A stretch of DNA of 64,000 nt from contig JAJYJS010000006.1 of assembly GCA_021789215.1 (NCBI GenBank), positions 25,875-89,874 on the forward strand. Direction: 5' to 3'. The stretch's first letter is position 1, and each line of letters begins with the position of its first letter. Shown in pieces: positions 1 to 7,488 of this stretch. The stretch is from Nitrospirota bacterium (lineage in GTDB: Bacteria; Nitrospirota; Thermodesulfovibrionia; Thermodesulfovibrionales; JdFR-88). A program made the translations under genes and the position numbers. Under the pieces are notes generated by a model. The model had not been told where the DNA came from. It worked only from the letters and a program-made list of their open reading frames with translations, and searched no databases.

Positions 1-372
1 GGCGGCCCCCGTCGTGCCCATCACCGAGGCAAGAAACGTCCCGATGAGAAGGATGCCGGTGTTCACAGCCGGCGTACCCCGCAGCGTCCCTGTTATCAAT
101 ATCCCGCCGGACACAACAAAGAGCCCTCCCAGCAGGATTATAAAAGGGACGTAGTCCTCTGCGACAATGCGCAGAAAGACATCATAGGCAACACCTTTGT
201 ACATAAGGAGCAGGGGGATGACAACCGCCGCCGCCCAGAACGCGGAGACCTTGCCGAAATGGTCATGCCAGAACTTAGGGGCAAAAAGCGGGAAGAAGGC
301 AATTGAAAGCAGCATCCCCGCAAACGGCATGGCGCTCCATAAGGCAAGTCTTTCTCCAAGCTGCTCTATCAT
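1..372 (-). CDS. ArsB/NhaD-superfamily ion transporter (sodium:proton antiporter-like), N-terminal part; gene runs off the left edge
   Basis: Not in the ORF track because it is open at the window edge. The reverse frame is open from ATG at 372 to base 1: MIEQLGERLALWSAMPFAGMLLSIAFFPLFAPKFWHDHFGKVSAFWAAAVVIPLLL... It consists of consecutive hydrophobic helices typical of NhaD/citrate-transporter-like permeases. An alternative start at Met15 (base 330) has GGAG upstream. Confidence 0.55.
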   Translation of the reverse strand, partial: MIEQLGERLALWSAMPFAGMLLSIAFFPLFAPKFWHDHFGKVSAFWAAAVVIPLLLMYKGVAYDVFLRIVAEDYVPFIILLGGLFVVSGGILITGTLRGTPAVNTGILLIGTFLASVMGTTGAA

Positions 373-410
373 TGGTATTGGATGATTTTTTGTAAAATCC
401 GGTTTTGATG

Positions 411-448
411 AAAATCAGGGGGAGCCAAAAAAAGCTCCCCCTGATTTT
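411..448 (-). terminator. Rho-independent terminator after glnK
   Basis: Perfect 15-bp inverted repeat AAAATCAGGGGGAGC / GCTCCCCCTGATTTT with an 8-nt loop. The arm ends in a T run when read on the minus strand. It lies 10 nt downstream of the glnK stop. Confidence 0.75.
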
Positions 449-458
449 CTGACGGGCC

Positions 459-797
<339 letters not shown>

Positions 798-2519
798 TTA
801 TGCGTTCTCCCTGCGCGGCTTCAGCGCGGCGGCCGCCGCGGGAGCGCTGTTCAGCCCCGCATCCGGCATGCCGATGATGCCGCTCTGATAGACCTGCTGG
901 AAGTCGGGATAAGCGGGCACAGAGACCTCCGGCAAATCGAGCCCCCTCAACTCGTCCTCTTTCGGGACGCGCAGAGGCGTTATCACATTCAGCACCTTGA
1001 AGAAAACAAACATTACGGCAAACACGAAGATGAAGTTCGTAAGCACGCCCGCGCACTGGGCCGCGAACTGTGCGCCGTTGCCATAGAAAAGGCCTTTGAC
1101 CGCGCCGGAGACGCCGTTAAGCCCGTCGCCATAGGTGCCGTCGGCAAAGAGGCCCAGAGAGAGGAGCCCCCACGCGCCGTTCACGCCGTGGACGGAGATG
1201 GCGCCGACCGGGTCGTCTATCTTGAGCGTGCGCTCCACAAAGAAGACGCTCCAGCAAAGCAGCACTCCCGCCACAAGCCCGATGATGACGGCGGAGACTG
1301 AGTTTACGAACGCGCAGGGGGCGGTAATGGCCACAAGCGCGGCCAGAAGCCCGTTGGCCATCATGGAGACATCGGGTTTCCCGTACTTGAACCACATGTA
1401 AAGCATCGCCGAGAACGCCCCTGCGGCTGAGGCGAGCATCGTGTTCACGGCGATTACGCCTATCCTCAAATCCCCTCCGGCAAGCGAGGAGCCGGCGTTG
1501 AACCCGAACCAGCCGAACGCAAGGATGAAGCAGCCTACAAGCGCCATCGGGATGTGGTGGCCAGGAATGGCGTTCGGCGTGCCGTCCTCATTGAACTTGC
1601 CAAGCCTCGGGCCAAGCACCATGGCGCCTGCAAGCGCGGCCACTCCGCCGGTCATGTGGACGACGGAAGAGCCAGCGAAATCCAGCGTGCCGTGCGCCAG
1701 CCCGAAGTTCTTCCCGAGCTGGGAGAGCCATCCGCCGCCCCATACCCAGTTGGCGTAAAGGGGATAAACGATGGCCGAGATGAAGAAGGAGTAGATGACA
1801 AACGACTTGAACGTCCAGCGCTCTGCCATTGCGCCCGTGGGGATGGTCGCCGTCGTGTCCATGAAGACCATCTGGAACAGGAAAAGCGTGAATATCACCG
1901 CGTCATAGGTGGTCCCGGAGAGAAAAAACCCCTTTGTGCCAAACAGGCCGAAATCCTTTCCAAACAGATGTATGGCAAACTCGTTGTTGAGCGTGCCCGC
2001 GCCGCCCAGACTGGCGACGCCGCCCACGCCCCCCATCTGGAGCGCAAACCCGCAGACCCAGTAGCCCAGCATCCCCAGCCCGTAGACCATGAAGTTCATC
2101 GCCATGGTATGGCTCGCGTTCTTTGCCCTCGTGAAGCCGGTCTCGGCCATCGCAAACCCGGCCTGCATGAACATGACCAGAAAGCCGGCCACGAGCGTCC
2201 ATACTATGTTTATGGCAATCCTGTTATGGCCCACCACATCGGCCAGCTTGGCCGCCAGGGGCTCGCTTGCCGACATCTTCTTCATGTCATCGGCGGTCGG
2301 AGCCCCTGATGTGGCCCCTACCACGTCCGCCGCAGTGCCCGTATTGGCCCCTGAGGGGTCCGGCTTCACTTCGGGCGCAGGGGCTGGCGCCGGTGCGGGC
2401 GCGGCAGCAGACTGCTGCACCTGCTGCCCTGCCTCATCCGCAAGCGCGGGGAGCGCGGGCATGAGCAGCCCGGTTAGAAACATGAATACAAGAAAAACCC
2501 CTGAAAAAAACCTCTTCAT
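798..2519 (-). CDS. amtB: Ammonium transporter AmtB with signal peptide and long Ala/Pro-rich N-terminal extension
   Basis: Amt signature LDFAGSSVVHMTGG, 11 or more hydrophobic helices, and SD AAGGAGG upstream of the ATG. The N-terminus MKRFFSGVFLVFMFLTGLLMPALPALA is followed by roughly 80 low-complexity residues. Confidence 0.95.
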   Translation of the reverse strand: MKRFFSGVFLVFMFLTGLLMPALPALADEAGQQVQQSAAAPAPAPAPAPEVKPDPSGANTGTAADVVGATSGAPTADDMKKMSASEPLAAKLADVVGHNRIAINIVWTLVAGFLVMFMQAGFAMAETGFTRAKNASHTMAMNFMVYGLGMLGYWVCGFALQMGGVGGVASLGGAGTLNNEFAIHLFGKDFGLFGTKGFFLSGTTYDAVIFTLFLFQMVFMDTTATIPTGAMAERWTFKSFVIYSFFISAIVYPLYANWVWGGGWLSQLGKNFGLAHGTLDFAGSSVVHMTGGVAALAGAMVLGPRLGKFNEDGTPNAIPGHHIPMALVGCFILAFGWFGFNAGSSLAGGDLRIGVIAVNTMLASAAGAFSAMLYMWFKYGKPDVSMMANGLLAALVAITAPCAFVNSVSAVIIGLVAGVLLCWSVFFVERTLKIDDPVGAISVHGVNGAWGLLSLGLFADGTYGDGLNGVSGAVKGLFYGNGAQFAAQCAGVLTNFIFVFAVMFVFFKVLNVITPLRVPKEDELRGLDLPEVSVPAYPDFQQVYQSGIIGMPDAGLNSAPAAAAALKPRRENA

Positions 2520-2546
2520 CGTTTCCTCCTTAAAATAACTCTCTTC

Positions 2547-3683
2547 TTACCATGTATACATTACGCCAAGGGCAATAGTGTCCTGGCTCTTTGACCTGCC
2601 CGAATCGAAAGACTTTTCGTTGGACCAGTCATGCCTGTACTCGGGCCTGAGGAGAAGGTTTTTCGCAAGCGTGTACTGCCCTGTAACGGTTACCTCCTTC
2701 AGGTTCTGGGGCGTGCCCGTCCTTACGCCCTGGGGGTCCCTGAAAAGCTCTGCCCTTATGGTGCCGCTTATCCTTTCGGTAAAGACGTAGTTGACGTAGC
2801 CCGCTATCCCGTACCACTTGTCGTCTTCGCCTTTGCCCGCGAGATTCTTGTCCGTCGCGTAATCGGTGTTTACGACAAGCGTGAGGTCTTTTACCGGCTT
2901 CACCGTGCCCACCCAGTCGAAAAGGAACCTGTTGTCCGAATCGTTATGGTCCTGCTCCGGGCCGTACATCAGGTTGAAGACAAGGCTCGAATTGGCGCCC
3001 GGGGCGACTGTGGCGCTCAGTCCGTATGTCTTGCCGTTGTTGTTGTCGGAGGAGTTGTCCCAGCCGTTCACCACATAGGCATTGGCTGAAAGCATGCCGG
3101 AGAACGTGTAGGCCGCCATGAAGCCGGTGTGCGTGAAGGGGATGGCGTAATTGAAGAGGAACGAACGCGAGTAGTTATAGTCGTCCTTTGCCTCGATGAC
3201 CTCCGCCCCGTGCATCGTGACGAACTTCCCGAAGCGGAGTTTCAAGCCCTTGCCCACCGGGGCCACGTAATCGATGTAGGCCTCTGTCAGGTCAAACGGC
3301 TCGTCCGCATCGCTTGCGCCAAGCCCTCTCGAATGGATGAACTTGGCGGTCTCGCCCATCGAGACCTTTACCTTGTAGCCCACCCCTCCCACGGGCGCGT
3401 CCCTGAGGAACTGTATCTCCGCCAGGTCCAGCGTAAAGCTGTTCGCCTTGTGGTCAAAGACCCTCAGCTCGTTCTCGCCGTCTTTGGGGTCCTTGAAGTT
3501 GTACGTGTATCCCCCCTGGAGATAAACGCTCAGGCCGAGCGCCTTTTTTATGTCCTCCGGGGAAACGGGCGACGGTTTTTGCGCGTCTTCCGCGTGCGCC
3601 GGCCGCGCCAGAAACACCTGCGGCATCGCCAGGGCCAGTATGAACGTCAGGACGAATCCGAAATGCAACAACCTGTTTTTCAT
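2547..3683 (-). CDS. Outer-membrane beta-barrel porin (OmpL/porin-2-like) of the amtB operon
   Basis: I trimmed the start to MKNRLLHF, which is preceded by AAAGGAGG. It has a signal peptide ending AHA-ED, alternating beta-strand pattern and a C-terminal aromatic end ...GVMYTW. Confidence 0.7.
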   Translation of the reverse strand: MKNRLLHFGFVLTFILALAMPQVFLARPAHAEDAQKPSPVSPEDIKKALGLSVYLQGGYTYNFKDPKDGENELRVFDHKANSFTLDLAEIQFLRDAPVGGVGYKVKVSMGETAKFIHSRGLGASDADEPFDLTEAYIDYVAPVGKGLKLRFGKFVTMHGAEVIEAKDDYNYSRSFLFNYAIPFTHTGFMAAYTFSGMLSANAYVVNGWDNSSDNNNGKTYGLSATVAPGANSSLVFNLMYGPEQDHNDSDNRFLFDWVGTVKPVKDLTLVVNTDYATDKNLAGKGEDDKWYGIAGYVNYVFTERISGTIRAELFRDPQGVRTGTPQNLKEVTVTGQYTLAKNLLLRPEYRHDWSNEKSFDSGRSKSQDTIALGVMYTW

Positions 3684-3761
3684 TGCGCCTCCTTTTGGTA
3701 AATAAGCGGCCAACGGCCGGCCATAATTCAAAACGGAAATTCAGGATCAAAAGCTAGCAGA

Positions 3762-3947
3762 TTACATTTCCTCTGTCATTACCACCTCTTTTCTTATCCT
3801 GATACCATATTTCTTTATCCGGTAGTTGAACATCCGCTCCGAGAGCCCAAGCGCCCTGGCAGCCCTCGACTTGACCCATTTGGCCGCATTGAGGGCGCTC
3901 AGTATCTCCTGCTTTTCCAGTTCTTCAACCTTCTCTTTAAGCATCAT
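3762..3947 (-). CDS. Stand-alone Fis-type helix-turn-helix DNA-binding protein (61 aa)
   Basis: EKQEILSALNAAKWVKSRAARALGLSERMFNYRIKKYGI matches the Fis/NtrC C-terminal HTH pattern. The start is trimmed to ATG 3947, which has AAGGAGG 8 nt upstream; the track start at 3956 is GTG inside the SD. Confidence 0.7.
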   Translation of the reverse strand: MMLKEKVEELEKQEILSALNAAKWVKSRAARALGLSERMFNYRIKKYGIRIRKEVVMTEEM

Positions 3948-3975
3948 ATCCGGCACCTCCTTGCCCTCTCCTTAT

Positions 3976-3991
3976 TGGAAAAAGCGTGCCA
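3976..3991 (-). promoter_or_regulatory. Candidate sigma54 (-24/-12) promoter for the fis-like/porin/amtB/glnK operon
   Basis: The minus strand reads TGGCACGCTTTTTCCA against the consensus TGGCAC-N5-TTGCA. There is one mismatch, in the -12 GC. It lies about 30 nt upstream of the fis-like start. Confidence 0.35.
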
Positions 3992-4040
3992 GGCTGGAAT
4001 CTATTGATTTAGAAAGGAAAAGTGTTTACAGCCGGTTTTC

Positions 4041-4064
4041 AAAAATGTAGACCTCTACATTTTT
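4041..4064. promoter_or_regulatory. Perfect AT-rich palindrome; either a deoB terminator or an upstream activator site
   Basis: AAAAATGTAGA-CC-TCTACATTTTT has 11-bp arms. It is 50 nt downstream of the deoB stop and 50-70 nt upstream of the sigma54-like motif. Confidence 0.4.
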
Positions 4065-4113
4065 GGGATTTTTTACAAAACAGGTGGCAACGGTTATGGG
4101 AGAGTGTTCTTGC

Positions 4114-5271
4114 TCAGGAAAAGGGGAAAAAGCTTCTGCCTTTTGGGAAATCGAGGCCGAAGAGCCGGGCGACTGCCGCCCCGATGTCCATGAAGCCGTC
4201 TCTCATGCCGAGGTCCCTTCCGGGCTCGCCCCTGCGGTAAAAAAGCAGCGGCACAAGCTCCCGCGTGTGGTCGGTGCCCGGCATCGCCGGGTCGCAGCCG
4301 TGGTCCGCCGTGATGAAGAGGCTGTCATCATCTCCAAGGAGCGGCAGCATTTCCGCCAGGGCGGAATCGAACTCCTCAAGAGACCGGGCGTAGCCCGCCG
4401 GGTCTCTCCTGTGGCCGTACAGGGTGTCGAAATCGTTCAGGTTGGCAAAGATGAAGGCGTCTTCCTTTCCGCTCAAGTAGGACTTAAGTTTTTCCGCGCC
4501 CTCAAGGTTATTGCCGAACTTCACCTTCTCCCTGAAGCCGCGCATGGAGAACATCTCGCCCACCTTGCCGGCCGATATCACGGGTATGCCTTTTCCGGCA
4601 AGCGCGTCCACCGCCGTCTCTCCGGGGGGCTCAAGGGCGAAGTCCCTCCGCTTTTCGGATATCCGCGAAAACTGTCCGTTCATGCCTTTGAAAGGGCGGG
4701 CTATCACGCGGCAGACATTATTTGGATGGACTAGCATCTCCCTGGCCGCGGCGCACATCGAATAAAGCTCTTCCACGGCAATAACGTCCACGTGCGCGGC
4801 TATCTGGAAGACGCTGTCCGCCGAGGTGTAGACGATGGGGGAGCCGGTCTCCAGGTGCTTTCCACCAAGCTCCTTTATTATCTCCGTCCCGGAGGCGGGC
4901 CTGTTGCCAAGCACCTTTCTGCCTATGCGGGCCTCGAAGGCGGATATCACCTCAGGCGGGAACCCGTGCGGATACGTTGGGAAAGGCCGTCCGTTGACAA
5001 CGCCCATCATCTCCCAATGGCCCGTGATGGTGTCCTTGCCGGCGGAAAGCTCGCGCATCCTCCCCCAGGAGGCGAGCGGGGCCGGGTTCCTCTCCACCCC
5101 TTTTATCTCCTCTATATTGCCGAGCCCAAGCCTTTGGAGAGTGGGCAGGCGCAGTCCGCCAACGGCCCTGGCGACATGGCCAAGCGTATCGGAGCCCGCA
5201 TCGCCGTAAGCGGCTGAGTCCGGGGCCTCTCCCGCCCCGACGCCGTCAAGCACAATCAGCACCGCCTTCAA
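4114..5271 (-). CDS. deoB: Phosphopentomutase
   Basis: Motifs VLDGVGAGEAPD, GKDTITGHWEMMG and ITADHGCDP, collinear with B. subtilis Drm as I recall it. The start is trimmed to TTG 5271, which overlaps the marC stop (ATTGA). The track's 5418 start overlaps marC by 150 nt. Confidence 0.9.
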   Translation of the reverse strand: MKAVLIVLDGVGAGEAPDSAAYGDAGSDTLGHVARAVGGLRLPTLQRLGLGNIEEIKGVERNPAPLASWGRMRELSAGKDTITGHWEMMGVVNGRPFPTYPHGFPPEVISAFEARIGRKVLGNRPASGTEIIKELGGKHLETGSPIVYTSADSVFQIAAHVDVIAVEELYSMCAAAREMLVHPNNVCRVIARPFKGMNGQFSRISEKRRDFALEPPGETAVDALAGKGIPVISAGKVGEMFSMRGFREKVKFGNNLEGAEKLKSYLSGKEDAFIFANLNDFDTLYGHRRDPAGYARSLEEFDSALAEMLPLLGDDDSLFITADHGCDPAMPGTDHTRELVPLLFYRRGEPGRDLGMRDGFMDIGAAVARLFGLDFPKGRSFFPFS

Positions 5272-5855
5272 TGCGCCCCCGCCAGGAGCCCTTCCAGGCC
5301 CATGCGTATCATCATCACGGCTATCGCCGCAAGCATCAGGAGCATCAGTTTGGAAAGCACGAGCACGCTCTTGCCGAAGACCTTCACAACGGCCTCGGCC
5401 TTGTTGAACGAAAGCCACACGAAGGCCAGGTTGGCAATGAGGCTTATGATCGTATAGACCGCCCCGTAATGGTCGACAAGGACGATGAGCGTGGTGAGCA
5501 CGGCGGGGCCGACTATGAGCGGCACGCCGATGGGCACGATGCCGAAATTCCCGGAGGGCCTCCTACGCTCGGATTCGCCGAGCATGTCCCGCACGGAGAC
5601 AACCAGGAGCACAAGGCCGCCCGCTATCTTGAAATCGTTCGTCGTTATGCCAAGTATCCTGAACACGGCCTCGCCAACAGCTATGAACCCCAGGCTGACA
5701 AAAAGGCCCGTGAGGACGGAATCCCTGATTATGCCTTTTACCGCCTTCCGGTCCATCCCTTCGGTGAGCGATATGAAAATCCCCAGCGCGGCAAAAACAT
5801 CCATCGCCACAAAGAGCGGGATAAACGTATTAAGGAGCGAGTTGAAGAGGCTCAC
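5268..5855 (-). CDS. marC: MarC-family (UPF0056) integral membrane protein
   Basis: 195 aa with six hydrophobic segments. The N-terminus NTFIPLFVAMDVFAALGIF is typical of the MarC family. Confidence 0.8.
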   Translation of the reverse strand: MSLFNSLLNTFIPLFVAMDVFAALGIFISLTEGMDRKAVKGIIRDSVLTGLFVSLGFIAVGEAVFRILGITTNDFKIAGGLVLLVVSVRDMLGESERRRPSGNFGIVPIGVPLIVGPAVLTTLIVLVDHYGAVYTIISLIANLAFVWLSFNKAEAVVKVFGKSVLVLSKLMLLMLAAIAVMMIRMGLEGLLAGAH

Positions 5856-6451
5856 CGGGGGAAAAACCCCCTCTGCCTGAGGGCTTCGAGGACCGCCTTC
5901 ACCCTGTCCTCCAGGACAATCAAATCGCGCCGGACTACGACGAACGGCGAGCGGAGCCGCTCGTCATTGCAGAGCCCTATAACGAGCGTGTTCAGGTGTT
6001 CGAGATACGCCCCGTTCAACGCGGCCTTGCCCTCCTCGTACACAAGCGGTATGCCCGGCTGAATCACGACGATCAGGCCGAAAAACCTGTTTGCCGCCTC
6101 AAGGCAGCGGGAGATGTATACCTCAAGTTTACCGTAACCGGCGGGCGTTTGCCCCTGTATGTCGGCAAGCGTGTAGGCGATCATGTCTACCGGGGTCCTG
6201 TCCGTTATGAAAAGATTTTTTCCCGCCCCGGCGCCCTCCCATATACGGACCGCGGAGTCGAGCACCTTGTGCTGGATGCCGATGCGGGTCTCGAAGTCCA
6301 TCGGGCTTGCGGGGTCAAGGCCGGCGGATTTAAATACCTCCGTCGTGCTGGTCTTTACGAACGGGATGCCCGTTCTCTCAGACAGCGCAAGGGCAAGCGT
6401 CGTCTTTCCCGTGCGGTGGCTTCCGCAGAGCCCTATCGCGCGAGCAGGCAT
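5852..6451 (-). CDS. P-loop NTPase/kinase (AAA_28 / NadR-C-terminal-like)
   Basis: Walker A GSHRTGKTT near the N-terminus and a DRTP motif. About 200 aa, with a 4-nt overlap with marC. Confidence 0.6.
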   Translation of the reverse strand: MPARAIGLCGSHRTGKTTLALALSERTGIPFVKTSTTEVFKSAGLDPASPMDFETRIGIQHKVLDSAVRIWEGAGAGKNLFITDRTPVDMIAYTLADIQGQTPAGYGKLEVYISRCLEAANRFFGLIVVIQPGIPLVYEEGKAALNGAYLEHLNTLVIGLCNDERLRSPFVVVRRDLIVLEDRVKAVLEALRQRGFFPR

Positions 6452-6452
6452 C

Positions 6453-7457
6453 TCAGGCCAAGAGTTCCTTGAGGCTTACAAGGAGTTCGAAAACGGCAAC
6501 GGCCTCCTTCTTTGAAAGCGAACCCGTGCCGCACGAGGGCGTTAGGAGTATCCTTTCCCTGAGCAGGGATTCGGGCACCGGCTGCGAGAGCTTTTCCATC
6601 CGGCGCAGGAAGACGTCGCGGAGGGACCCGGGCGTCTCGCTGTTCACGGCCTCGGTTGTGGGCACTATCCCCCAGGCCAGCATGCCTCCCTTTTCAAGGA
6701 AAGCCTTCAGTTCGGACGGGAATATGGCCAGTGTCTCGCCATAGTCGTAGGCGTCGAAGTTAAGTATGTCCACGCCCGAGTCCATCAGCAGGGGCCACTC
6801 GGCCCGGCCGCAGCAGTGGATTCCAGCTATCGCCCCGGCGGACTTTACCGCCTGCACCGTCTCCCTGAGCAGCCTCAGAGATTCCTCCCTCTGCACCGTT
6901 ATGTAGACAGTCGAGCCAAGGGCCGAGGCTATCGGCTCATCAATAAAGATAATGACTTCCCGCGCCCTTGTCTTCAGGACGTCGACCTGCCAGCGGACCT
7001 TGGCCTTGAGGCCCATCAGATAGACCTCGCGGAGTTCCTCGTCGTAATAGACCGGCCTGCCCCTGGAGTCGTTCAGCCCGAGGGTGAACGTAAGCGGCCC
7101 TGTGACATGGCCCTTGAGGTAGTCGAACCGCCTGCCTTTCGTGAGCGCGAGAAACGCGTGGAGCCCCTCGGCATAGCCCTGCGAGATGGCTATCCTGGTG
7201 CCCTCGGTGTAGGACTCGTAAAACCTCTCCAGTTCGTCGCTGCCGCTCCTGTTCACCCAGACGTTTTTTTTCTCGTCGTCGACCCTTATGAAAGGCAGGC
7301 CCTCGGAATACTGTGGGATCATCTGCTCCCTGAAGGAGATGCGCGGCAGCTGCGGCCAGAATGGTATGTCGAACGTGCCGAGCACAAGCTCGACCGCCTC
7401 TTCGGCGCTCTCGTGCGGAAGGCTGCCTATGCCCGTCGTAAGGTATGGATAAAGCAT
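6453..7457 (-). CDS. MetE-C-terminal / UROD-like superfamily protein (cobalamin-independent methionine-synthase-like)
   Basis: N-terminal TGIGSLPH, plus IHCCG and TPSCGTG as putative Zn ligands. The size of 334 aa fits MetE-like single-domain proteins. Confidence 0.55.
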   Translation of the reverse strand: MLYPYLTTGIGSLPHESAEEAVELVLGTFDIPFWPQLPRISFREQMIPQYSEGLPFIRVDDEKKNVWVNRSGSDELERFYESYTEGTRIAISQGYAEGLHAFLALTKGRRFDYLKGHVTGPLTFTLGLNDSRGRPVYYDEELREVYLMGLKAKVRWQVDVLKTRAREVIIFIDEPIASALGSTVYITVQREESLRLLRETVQAVKSAGAIAGIHCCGRAEWPLLMDSGVDILNFDAYDYGETLAIFPSELKAFLEKGGMLAWGIVPTTEAVNSETPGSLRDVFLRRMEKLSQPVPESLLRERILLTPSCGTGSLSKKEAVAVFELLVSLKELLA

Positions 7458-7488
7458 TGGAAATGATAACCCATCCCGTCTGGTTGTT

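Noticed and set aside
3709-3723. A second sigma54-like string TGGCCGGCCGTTGGC upstream of the porin gene.
   Set aside because: There are two mismatches, including in the -12 region, and it is embedded in a GGCCGGCC palindrome. It is weaker than the site at 3976..3991.
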